NCBI GenBank assembly: GCA_947627875.1
Contig: CANQXS010000008.1
Coordinates: 18,680 to 82,679, forward strand
Direction of reading: 5' to 3'
DNA length: 64,000 nt
From: an uncultured Clostridia bacterium
GTDB taxonomy: Bacteria; Bacillota; Clostridia; Oscillospirales; Ruminococcaceae
Below are positions 17,986-26,403 of this stretch, piece after piece. Positions within the stretch are counted from its first letter, which is position 1. The number at the start of each line of letters is the position of its first letter. The notes under the pieces were generated by a model. The model did not search any database and was not told where the DNA came from. It saw only the letters and a program-made list of their open reading frames with translations. The position numbers were made by a program, and so were the translations under genes.

Positions 17986-18238
17986 AGCGGCCGCCTCCTT
18001 TGCTCTTGGTCAATCATATGTCCATGCTTTACAGAATATTCCATTGGCTATCTCCTTTCGGTTTGATTACCGAATGGTTAGGAGCGCCGTGAAGTTTTAT
18101 TGCGCGAAATATAAATTAAGATTTTGCGCAACTTTTTAAGAGCTCTAAAGTGCCTATTTTAGCGCATTTGAAGGCTTTTTATATATTTTTGCCATTTTTT
18201 GCTATCTGGAATAATTTTCAAGATGTGGAGATGATTTT

Positions 18239-20314
18239 TTGGTTATACCGACGACGTTGATGCCCCATAATATGATGGCTCTTGACCCTGTTGACCGCGC
18301 GCTTAAAATGAATGACATAGGCATGGCAAAATTCCTTGAAGCACGGGATATCAACGAAATAAAGCACTCGCATAATTTTTGCCGTGTTTCAGAGGCCATC
18401 GGAGATGATTACTTAAGATGGAACTGTGCAGACCCAGTCTTTATCGATGCTCCGACAGGTACCGGCAAGACCACCTTCGTGTATGAAAAGCTGATACCCG
18501 ACGCTCTTGCCGAAGGGCATGGCGTTCTCATTGTAAGCAACAGAATAGCGCTCAGCATGCAGCAGAAGCGGCGCATTTTTCGGATTGTCAGTAATATTGA
18601 TCCCAGACTGCTCAATGGGCTTTCGGAAGAGAATATAACGCCTGAGACATATATGATAGGTCCGGTATGCGTGACAACTTATCAAGGTCTTTACGCTTTG
18701 TTCAATCCGGATGTTGCCGCAGAGTACACGCTTGACTTTTATTCCGTGAAACGGGGCAAAGCTGAGGACCTTCTCATGTGGAGCCGTACACTGAGATATG
18801 CCGTTTTTGACGAAATTCACTTCCTGTATTCCGACGCTACTTTTAACAGTTTTTGCCATATGCTGTTGAAATATATTCCCTTCGTTTTCAGGAACGTAAT
18901 CCGAATCTATATGACTGCAACCAGCTGGGAAATTTTTGAATATATTTGCAAATACGAGAAAGAGAAATACTCCCAGAACCTCAGTAATCCTCCGATGGCT
19001 CCCTTTATGGATCAATTTTTCGTCCGAATTTTTAACTTGCCGCAATCCGATGTGCCTTTTAAGCCCATAAGCATCTATCACTACGTTATCAGCCCAAACT
19101 TTTCCAGCTATAACCTTCGGTTTTTCTCGACTCCGAGGAAGAAAAAATCTTCTGAAGATCAAGGTGAAGACATTTCAAAAAAGGCTGCCGCTACTGTTAA
19201 ACTGCTCAGTGACACTATAGACCCCAATGAGAAAACCATTATCTTCATTGATAACAAAGCTGACGGGAATCAGATCTATCAACGCCTTGCAAAAGAGAGA
19301 ATATCCGCTGTTTATGTTGATAAGGACGGCTCTGTTCCTGAAAATGCAAAAGCGGATATAATCAATAATGAACGGTTTGATGCTAAGGTTCTGATAGCGA
19401 CTTCAGCTTTAGACAGCGGGATAAATATCGTTGATGATGAAGTTAAAAACCTTATTGTTTTCTACACCGACAGAACGCAGTTCATACAGGCTCTCGGCAG
19501 AAAACGTCTTAAGTCCGAGGAAACTGTTAACGTGTGGGCATTTGCTCCGAGCAAGCAGGCACTTAAATGGCAGGAAACCGCTTACTACAAAAGCGCTCTG
19601 TCAGTTATACAGCTTATGTATGCATGGCACTACAATCCAAAAAATCCCTATAATGACATAAATAATGTCTTAAAAAAAATCGCGACACCGATCCTGACGG
19701 CAGAAGACTTTTCCTCTTTCTGTAGGCTGTCAAAAAACAAGCATAGCAGTGATTATGCATATTACGGTGGGCTTCAAAAAATAACTGCAGAGCTTTACAA
19801 GAGCAACCCTGAACCGCCGACGCTGACCTTCATCAACTTTGATGGGAAGATAGACTGTAACCCTTATGTTCTCGGCGTCATACTTCGCAAAATGAACTTT
19901 CTCAAGCAATTCGTTTTCCCCAACAAAGACGGCTTAATCAACGACTACCGCCAAGCTGTCGGTGAATGGCTCGGCAAGCCGGATATTATGGAAGAAATAT
20001 CCCGAGAAAGCGAAACGGCGAATCAAAGCGAAAAGTCAGGGCTTGAAAACCTACTTAATGCCTCATTGGAGCGTGAACTGTCCGATAAGGACTTTGGACC
20101 GATTCGTGCAGCTATCATCACCGCGCATATCAACGCGATTCCAAACAGCGAGCTTAAGAAAAGAAACAGCGAGTACAAACGCAAAATGGGTGATAAGGCT
20201 CTGAGCAGGCTGCTTTCCGAACTCGGCTTGCCGTATGAAATTTCCTCCAGCAGAAAGAACAGCGGAGGAAAAAACAACAGTGTCTGGCATGCATGGATTA
20301 TAAGCCGCCTGTAA
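18239..20314 (+). CDS. SF2 DEAD/DEAH-type helicase with an uncharacterised C-terminal half
   Basis: 691-aa ORF. Motif I is DAPTGTGKT, motif II is VFDEIHF, LIATSALDSGINI is present, and motif VI is QALGRKR. The TTG start is tentative. Confidence 0.75.
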   Translation: MVIPTTLMPHNMMALDPVDRALKMNDIGMAKFLEARDINEIKHSHNFCRVSEAIGDDYLRWNCADPVFIDAPTGTGKTTFVYEKLIPDALAEGHGVLIVSNRIALSMQQKRRIFRIVSNIDPRLLNGLSEENITPETYMIGPVCVTTYQGLYALFNPDVAAEYTLDFYSVKRGKAEDLLMWSRTLRYAVFDEIHFLYSDATFNSFCHMLLKYIPFVFRNVIRIYMTATSWEIFEYICKYEKEKYSQNLSNPPMAPFMDQFFVRIFNLPQSDVPFKPISIYHYVISPNFSSYNLRFFSTPRKKKSSEDQGEDISKKAAATVKLLSDTIDPNEKTIIFIDNKADGNQIYQRLAKERISAVYVDKDGSVPENAKADIINNERFDAKVLIATSALDSGINIVDDEVKNLIVFYTDRTQFIQALGRKRLKSEETVNVWAFAPSKQALKWQETAYYKSALSVIQLMYAWHYNPKNPYNDINNVLKKIATPILTAEDFSSFCRLSKNKHSSDYAYYGGLQKITAELYKSNPEPPTLTFINFDGKIDCNPYVLGVILRKMNFLKQFVFPNKDGLINDYRQAVGEWLGKPDIMEEISRESETANQSEKSGLENLLNASLERELSDKDFGPIRAAIITAHINAIPNSELKKRNSEYKRKMGDKALSRLLSELGLPYEISSSRKNSGGKNNSVWHAWIISRL

Positions 20315-20345
20315 CCGACAAATTCCAATTTTTGGAATATATATT

Positions 20346-20386
20346 ATCCTCCTGAAGCGTCGCTTCAATAAACACTTCAGGAGGAT
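20346..20386 (+). promoter_or_regulatory. Perfect 12-bp hairpin that sequesters the Shine-Dalgarno of the DUF3846-like gene
   Basis: ATCCTCCTGAAG (20346-20357) pairs with CTTCAGGAGGAT (20375-20386). The right arm contains the AGGAGGA RBS, 5 nt before the ATG at 20392. Confidence 0.55.
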
Positions 20387-20391
20387 TTATC

Positions 20392-20760
20392 ATGTCTAAA
20401 ATCACTATTTTGGTCATCGAGCCCGGCAAGAAACCCTATGTCAAAGAAATCGAAAACACCCTCAAATCACTTCAGCACGAGGTCGAAGGTTATATTCAAG
20501 CCGTCTATCCTTGGAAGGAACCTGTTGCTCTGATCTGCGACGAAGAATCAAAGCTAAAGAACAAGCCTTTCAACCGAGCACTGCGAGATGAGGACGGCAA
20601 AATCTATGACTATATCGCCGGCACTTTTATTATTACCGGTCTCGGTGAGGAAGACTTTGCTTCACTGTCACCAGAGCTTATTGCTCACTTCTCCTACCTG
20701 TTCTCTGTCCCAGAAATGCTCGTCAGCATTGACGGGCAGCTGACCGTCCTACCCTGCTGA
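20392..20760 (+). CDS. DUF3846-like protein
   Basis: 122-aa ORF. ITILVIEPGKKPYVKEIENTLKSLQHEVEGYIQAV...ICDEESKLKNKPFNRAL...IAGTFIITG fits my recollection of the DUF3846 family that is common on plasmids, ICEs and phages. Confidence 0.55.
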   Translation: MSKITILVIEPGKKPYVKEIENTLKSLQHEVEGYIQAVYPWKEPVALICDEESKLKNKPFNRALRDEDGKIYDYIAGTFIITGLGEEDFASLSPELIAHFSYLFSVPEMLVSIDGQLTVLPC

Positions 20761-20773
20761 CGGATACCCCTGC

Positions 20774-21103
20774 TTACTCGGCAGGGGTTTCTTTTTTGCA
20801 AAATTTGCCGCCATCGCACATTCCCAGTTTATATAGGTCACACTCTTCACATCTGCACTTCACTTTGTTCTCGCCTCTATACCTCTTGCTCGCATTGCAA
20901 GCGCCCAGATTATCAAGCTGCTTCTGCGTGGCAGACTCGCTATGCCCGAGCCGCATTGCAATCTCTGTGATGGTATAACCCTCTTCATACATCGTGACGA
21001 CTTTCTCTTTTTCGTCTTTCGTCCATATGGCAGACTGCTTTTCTGGCACGCTTTTTCGGAATTCTATTATCATATCTCTTGTTATGGTTTCGGATTCATG
21101 CAT
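20774..21103 (-). CDS. HTH DNA-binding protein (Myb/SANT- or sigma70-region-4-like) with a Cys-rich C-terminal tail
   Basis: 109-aa ORF. WTKDEKEKVVTMYEEGYTITEIAMRLGHSESATQKQL is followed by CRCEECDLYKLGMCDGGKFC. Confidence 0.5.
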   Translation of the reverse strand: MHESETITRDMIIEFRKSVPEKQSAIWTKDEKEKVVTMYEEGYTITEIAMRLGHSESATQKQLDNLGACNASKRYRGENKVKCRCEECDLYKLGMCDGGKFCKKETPAE

Positions 21104-21255
21104 TATAATGCCACCTCACTTTAAATATTTTTTATTCGTATGTTATCTTTTTACTTCGCAAAACCCGATTATTTTCGGCAAAAAAACGCGATGAATTTAA
21201 TTATCGGATCGAAGATAACATATTATTAAAAAATAAGCTGGGAGGCATTAAAACT

Positions 21256-21456
21256 ATGCTCGAACAATACGAAGATTTAATGACCGTGCAGGATATTCAG
21301 GATGTCTTGCACATCGGAAAGAACCGTGCCTACGATCTTTTGAGAGACGGGACTATATCCTCTATCCGTCTCGGCAAGAGTTGGAAAGTGCCAAAGGAAG
21401 CGGTCATATCATTTTTAAGAAGCTGGCAGAACAGCAAAGGCTCAGGGGCAAGATAG
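21256..21456 (+). CDS. Excisionase-family (MerR-like HTH_17) DNA-binding protein
   Basis: 66-aa ORF with GGGAGG RBS. MTVQDIQDVLHIGKNRAYDLLRDGTISSIRLGKSWKVPKEAVISFL is the typical excisionase-type HTH pattern. Confidence 0.7.
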   Translation: MLEQYEDLMTVQDIQDVLHIGKNRAYDLLRDGTISSIRLGKSWKVPKEAVISFLRSWQNSKGSGAR

Positions 21457-21560
21457 CTCCTGAGCCTTCGTCTTTTGCGAATATTTGAATTGTATATCAT
21501 CTCCTTGTAGCACGGGGCGACGCACCCCGGAACATAAAAAATCTACATGGAGGTATTACT

Positions 21561-22691
21561 ATGAAACCAAACGCACCAACCCAAACAACAACCCATGTCT
21601 GCTGCTACTGCGAGAAGACGCTCCCAGAATCCCAGCTCCATTTCATCGAGGAGGAATACTGGCTCTGTGACCACTGTATGCACGAACACACGACAACCTG
21701 CTCCCATTGCGGCGAACATATCCTGCTCGAAAATAACGCAGGAGGTTCAGAAACTCCGCTCTGCAACGATTGCTATGATGATCACTACAATACCTGCGTT
21801 CATTGCGGCAGAGTTATTCACACGGACGATACCTACTATCGGGACAGATATGACGATGAGCCCTACTGTTATGACTGCTACAGTCGTTTTGAGCGCGACG
21901 GCGGCATACAAGACTATTACTACAAACCCGACCCAATCTTCTATGGCAGTGGCAGTAGATACTTTGGCGTGGAATTGGAGATCGACGAAGCCGGCGAAAG
22001 CGACGATAACGCGGAGCAGGTCATGTCTGTAGGCAATCGTGACGCCGAACACATCTATTGCAAGCATGACGGGTCACTCCACGACGGCTTCGAGATTGTC
22101 ACTCACCCGATGACCCTCGATTATCACATGAACCAGATGCCATGGGCTGATGTTCTCAAAGAGGCCAGAAGCATGGGGTACATATCCCACCAGGCAGGCA
22201 CCTGCGGACTTCACATTCATGTCAACAGAGATTCATTCGGGGATACTAATGAAGATCAAGAAGCAAGCATCGGACGCTTGCTTTTCTTCTTTGAGAAACA
22301 TTGGGACGAGCTGCTCAAATTCAGCCGCCGTACGCAAAGACAGCTCGACAGCTGGGCTGCAAGGTACGGTTACAAGGACAACCCTAAAGCTATGTTGGAA
22401 CACGCTAAGAAAGGTTCAAACAGGGGCAGATACGCGTGTATCAATCTCTTAAACTACAATACGGTCGAGTTCCGCATATTCCGAGGCACACTCAAACTCA
22501 ACACCCTGCTCGCAACCTTGCAGTTAGTCAATAAAATCTGCGACCTCGCAACCTGTCTTTCTGATGACGAGATTCATAACGTCTCTTGGACGACCTTCGC
22601 CAAGTCCTGCACATCGCCGGAGTTAGTTCAGTACCTAAAAGAGCGGCAAATATACGTCAATGAACCTGTTGCTATTGAAGAGGAGGTCTGA
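21561..22691 (+). CDS. Amidoligase (Amidoligase_2, glutamine-synthetase/GCS2-like fold) with three N-terminal CxxC...CxxC zinc-ribbon units
   Basis: 376-aa ORF. The N-terminal 100 aa carry repeated CxxC pairs. The core has FGVELEIDE, HDGSLHDGFEIVTHP, CGLHIHVN and VEFRIFRGT. Confidence 0.7.
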   Translation: MKPNAPTQTTTHVCCYCEKTLPESQLHFIEEEYWLCDHCMHEHTTTCSHCGEHILLENNAGGSETPLCNDCYDDHYNTCVHCGRVIHTDDTYYRDRYDDEPYCYDCYSRFERDGGIQDYYYKPDPIFYGSGSRYFGVELEIDEAGESDDNAEQVMSVGNRDAEHIYCKHDGSLHDGFEIVTHPMTLDYHMNQMPWADVLKEARSMGYISHQAGTCGLHIHVNRDSFGDTNEDQEASIGRLLFFFEKHWDELLKFSRRTQRQLDSWAARYGYKDNPKAMLEHAKKGSNRGRYACINLLNYNTVEFRIFRGTLKLNTLLATLQLVNKICDLATCLSDDEIHNVSWTTFAKSCTSPELVQYLKERQIYVNEPVAIEEEV

Positions 22692-22693
22692 TT

Positions 22694-23635
22694 ATGTGCT
22701 GTTTATTCGGAGTTTTGGATTACAACCACAGCCTTAGCAAGAGGCAGATGAACCGCATTCTCAATGTACTCTCAACCGCCTGCGAAGTGCGAGGCACTGA
22801 CGCCACCGGCATCGCTTACAATCACAACGGAAAACTGAGAATCTACAAGCGCCCAATTCCTGCTCATCTTATGAGGTTCAACGTGCCTGATGGCGTGAGC
22901 TCAGTTATGGGTCACACCCGTATGGCCACACAGGGTAGCGAAAAGCTGAACTTCAACAACCACCCGTTCTACGGCAAAGCCGATGTTCCTTTTGCACTTG
23001 CACACAACGGCGTAATTTATAATGATGAACGGGTCAGGGAGAATGAAAGGCTTCCAAGCACTCACATCAAGACGGATTCGTACATTGCTGTTCAACTCAT
23101 CGAGAATAAGAAACGGCTCGATTTTGATAGTCTGAAGTATATGGCTGAGCAACTCCAAGGGAGTATGACTATAACAGTTATGGATTCTGCGGACAACCTG
23201 TACGTCGTGAAAGGCGACAATCCTTTGTGCCTCTACCATTATCCGGAGCGAGGTCTCTACATCTATGCCTCTACCGAGGAGATTTTGAAGGCTGGTCTGA
23301 AGAAGCTGTATCTCAACTTTGGCAAGTGCGAAAAGATTTCAATCGAGAGCGGCGAGATTCTGAAGATAGACAGCACGGGATATAGAACAAGGTCAGAGTT
23401 CAATGATTCCGGGCTTTATTACAGCTACTATTTCCCTTGCCGCCACGGCTGGGACGATGATTGGTGGACATCGGCAAAAACAACGTCGAGTAAAATGGAT
23501 CCCGCCGAGAAACAATACTTCGAGGATCTCAAAGGCGTAGCCTGTCACTGTGGGTATATGCCCGAGGACATTGAAGAACTATATGAAGATGGGTACACGT
23601 TGGACGAAATCGAAGAATTTCTGTTTGCCATATAG
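22694..23635 (+). CDS. Class-II (Ntn) glutamine amidotransferase
   Basis: 313-aa ORF that begins MC (Cys nucleophile after Met removal). GTDATGIA, GHTRMATQG...NNHPF and HNGVIYN are present. It starts 3 nt after the amidoligase stop. Confidence 0.75.
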   Translation: MCCLFGVLDYNHSLSKRQMNRILNVLSTACEVRGTDATGIAYNHNGKLRIYKRPIPAHLMRFNVPDGVSSVMGHTRMATQGSEKLNFNNHPFYGKADVPFALAHNGVIYNDERVRENERLPSTHIKTDSYIAVQLIENKKRLDFDSLKYMAEQLQGSMTITVMDSADNLYVVKGDNPLCLYHYPERGLYIYASTEEILKAGLKKLYLNFGKCEKISIESGEILKIDSTGYRTRSEFNDSGLYYSYYFPCRHGWDDDWWTSAKTTSSKMDPAEKQYFEDLKGVACHCGYMPEDIEELYEDGYTLDEIEEFLFAI

Positions 23636-23643
23636 TCCCGTTT

Positions 23644-25071
23644 GAGTGTACTCCAACGTCAACAGGTTAAGCCTCAAACCGGTTTTTTCGGTGGACGGTT
23701 TTTGTATTTGAGAATAGTGCGAGAACGGTCGGGAAGCCTGTTGCTTCGTATCGGTACCGGTCGCGCAGACAGAGCGGATAAAGCATTTCGAAGAAGTTTT
23801 CGCCGCAAGTATGCAGAAGGAAGATAGAGTACAAGAGGAAGAATCGGCTTTAAAACGGCAAGAATGGTATATCGGCTTGCCTTGTACTTGTATTTGCTGC
23901 CTTTGCTTTCTGTACGTTCGGCAATTTGAGAGTCAGCAACATAGGCGGCAAATGCGGTCAAATTAAAGATCGCCATGATGGCATAAAAATCCTGAAGCAC
24001 TGTCAAAAGCGTTCTGGAAGATATGTTGTTCATGGCAAGAAGATTTTTCAGACCGTCATAAGCTGTTTCTATATTCCAACGCAAGAAATAAAGTTGTACA
24101 ATATCCTGATCCGTAAATTCAGTATCCGAGAGATTTGTTATCAAGGTTTCTGTTTCACCTGACGGCAGAGTAAAACGTATTACACGAAGAGTATACCGTT
24201 CGGTATCCGAGGGTATGGTTACGGTTGATGATCCATATTTCAGCTCTTTTGTCATTTGATTACGCACCCTTGCAACAATAGAATGTCCCATTGAGAGTAT
24301 TTTTGCATATAGCTCCACTCTCCAATATCCGCGATCCAACAGATAGATACGTTTTCCATCTACATAATTCTCTGTTTCTTCAATGGCGTTGGCTGCAAGA
24401 AGTCTTTCCCCTTCATTAAAAGGCGCAAGCCTGGCGTCTATGATTATATGATTTAGAACATCATAAACACAAGATACACGTCCGAATACGTCGTTAGGCA
24501 CAGGCGATGTTTTTGCAAAATACTCACGCAGTTCGTCAGATTTTTTCAGTGGGATTGTACTTCCGTCAATAGCAAGCAGTCTATAGCCGCGAAAAGTCTT
24601 CGCGTCTGATGCAGATAATCCCATAGAAACTGTTTGCTGAAATATTTCTTTAAAAGCCTGATAACGAATCTTCTGACGCGCCTCGCTGAAAGACTGTTGC
24701 GCAGGCTGAGATACGCCATCTTTCAGCTTGTGGAATAAGCCGCACAATTCCGAATGAATTGGTTTTGTCATGATGCTCATGATGATAGAAACTACGGTCG
24801 GAAAGTCCAGCTTGCGATTACGGGTAAAGTCAGTAGCTTTCATGCGGTTTCTGTCCATGAAATCCTTACTGATAATCAAATTGTGCAATGCATTGACGGC
24901 TGTCTGAAATAATTTAATTTGTTTCATCGTATTAACCTCGCAAACAAAATCCGTTTTTTCAATTTTGTTGCGAGGCTTAATTTGTCAATTCGTTTTTTAG
25001 ACAAATTTCGATAGCGCTGGTTGTGTATTTTGTCCCGGAATGTCTTATCCTGTTGACGTTGAGGTACACCC
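23644..25071 (-). mobile_element. IS4-family insertion sequence (about 1.43 kb)
   Basis: Terminal inverted repeats are GAGTGTACTCCAACGTCAACAGG (23644-23666) and CCTGTTGACGTTGAGGTACACCC (25049-25071), matching at 20 of 23 positions. They enclose a DDE transposase. No flanking direct repeat is seen. Confidence 0.8.
23674..24927 (-). CDS. IS4-family DDE transposase
   Basis: 417-aa ORF. AIDGSTIP (D), YLLDRGYW (D) and YFLRWNIETAYDGLK give the exact Y-2-R-3-E-6-K signature. Confidence 0.88.
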   Translation of the reverse strand: MKQIKLFQTAVNALHNLIISKDFMDRNRMKATDFTRNRKLDFPTVVSIIMSIMTKPIHSELCGLFHKLKDGVSQPAQQSFSEARQKIRYQAFKEIFQQTVSMGLSASDAKTFRGYRLLAIDGSTIPLKKSDELREYFAKTSPVPNDVFGRVSCVYDVLNHIIIDARLAPFNEGERLLAANAIEETENYVDGKRIYLLDRGYWRVELYAKILSMGHSIVARVRNQMTKELKYGSSTVTIPSDTERYTLRVIRFTLPSGETETLITNLSDTEFTDQDIVQLYFLRWNIETAYDGLKNLLAMNNISSRTLLTVLQDFYAIMAIFNLTAFAAYVADSQIAERTESKGSKYKYKASRYTILAVLKPILPLVLYLPSAYLRRKLLRNALSALSARPVPIRSNRLPDRSRTILKYKNRPPKKPV

Positions 25072-25167
25072 TAAAGTCACATTCAAAAAGTGTGCCACTG
25101 GGGTCGGATTTCGCATTTTGGCATATGACATTTTGTGAGCCGACCCTATTGGCAGTTTGGAGGAGTT

Positions 25168-25719
25168 ATGAAAATTGGTTACATTCGCATCAGCACCGTT
25201 GACCAAAACACAGCTCGGCAGGAGGTGCTGATGAAAGAGTTGGGCGTGGATCAGGTCTACATCGACAAGATGAGTGGAAAGAACACGGACAGACCACAAC
25301 TCAGGAAGATGATGTCGTTTGTCCGTGAGGGTGACACCGTCATCGTTGAATCTATAAGCAGGTTTGCGAGGAACACAAGAGATCTGCTGGATTTAGTCGA
25401 GCAGCTCACAAAGAAAAAGGTCGAGTTTGTATCCAAAAAAGAAGCAATCGACACAACCACCCCGACCGGCAAGTTTATGCTTACGATCTTTGGAGCGGTG
25501 GCTGAACTCGAAAGAGAGTATATTTTGCAAAGGCAACGCGAAGGTATAGCAATCGCAAAAGAGAACGGCATTTACAAGGGCAGGGTTGCAAAGCCCTGCC
25601 CCGAGTTCGAGGCGGTAGTTTCTCAGTGGAAAAGCGGCAGAATTTCTGCGGTCGAGGCTATGAAACAACTCGGTATGAAAAAGACTACGTTTTACAGACG
25701 TATCAAGGGGGTGAAATAA
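25168..25719 (+). CDS. Small serine recombinase (resolvase/invertase family)
   Basis: ATG at 25168 after GGAGG. MKIGYIRISTVDQ (catalytic Ser), VESISRFARN, and a C-terminal HTH (KKTTFYRRIKG). The ORF-track start at 25135 is probably too early. Confidence 0.88.
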   Translation: MKIGYIRISTVDQNTARQEVLMKELGVDQVYIDKMSGKNTDRPQLRKMMSFVREGDTVIVESISRFARNTRDLLDLVEQLTKKKVEFVSKKEAIDTTTPTGKFMLTIFGAVAELEREYILQRQREGIAIAKENGIYKGRVAKPCPEFEAVVSQWKSGRISAVEAMKQLGMKKTTFYRRIKGVK

Positions 25720-25802
25720 ATGTTACAGTTTTTAGGCTTTTTGTCAATGATCGTTCTGCTTATAATCGCGAAGCCGAATCCGGCAATGAGGAGGTGATCA
25801 AG

Positions 25803-25910
25803 ATGAATGACGAAGCAAAGAAAAATTTTGAGAAGGTAATAACGGTGATAGGAGAGATACTGGAGGGGGCGTTGCTTGCGATTACCGTTTACTTTTCAAA
25901 GAAAGAATGA
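25803..25910 (+). CDS. Possible 35-aa small protein with a hydrophobic C-terminal half
   Basis: Strong RBS GAGGAGGTG 7 nt before the ATG. MNDEAKKNFEKVITVIGEILEGALLAITVYFSKKE. A hairpin (GGGCAG...CTGCCC) follows. Confidence 0.3.
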   Translation: MNDEAKKNFEKVITVIGEILEGALLAITVYFSKKE

Positions 25911-25935
25911 GTGCGGGGCAGAGAAATCTGCCCTG

Positions 25936-26403
25936 CTATCCGTTCGTGTAATCGGCTATTATTTTGTCAATCTGACACGAAAGTTTGTCAATATAGGCAA
26001 GGTTCATATCCAACTTTGGATTACTTCCTGCTTTCATCTCGACAGGGTTTACCGCAAAATGTGCGTGAAGATTATCCTGCCGAACGTGAACGCCGCATAA
26101 TATCTGATACGGAGGATAAAACAAATCTGAAATTTTGCGCGAGATTTCAAGCATATCTTCGCCGCCGAGACCGAGGGTATCCGGCAGACTCACCATAAGG
26201 TGATAGGCTCGTCTGCCGGAATCCTTTCCGAAAAGCTCCTGCATTTCGGTTATATCTTCATAGGCGGTATCCGAGCGGATTCCCCTACCGAAAACATACC
26301 TGCCCGAGTTGCCTACTTTTTCAGGATTGATTATGTAGTTGCAAAGATTCTGCAAGTCTTTGTCACTGTTGCAGGGATTAGATATCAACTTAGTAATTGC
26401 CAC
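25936..26403 (-). CDS. Relaxase/mobilisation nuclease domain protein (MobA/VirD2-type), apparently truncated
   Basis: 155-aa ORF with AYHLMVSLP and the histidine motif NLHAHFAVN. This is much shorter than typical relaxases. It overlaps the mobC-like gene by 19 nt. Confidence 0.6.
   Translation of the reverse strand: MAITKLISNPCNSDKDLQNLCNYIINPEKVGNSGRYVFGRGIRSDTAYEDITEMQELFGKDSGRRAYHLMVSLPDTLGLGGEDMLEISRKISDLFYPPYQILCGVHVRQDNLHAHFAVNPVEMKAGSNPKLDMNLAYIDKLSCQIDKIIADYTNG

Noticed and set aside
25934-25942. Third occurrence of TATCCGTTC, the target duplication of MITE copy B, at the relaxase stop codon.
   Set aside because: A 9-mer is expected to recur by chance in 128 kb of two-strand sequence. 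No MITE end is adjacent.
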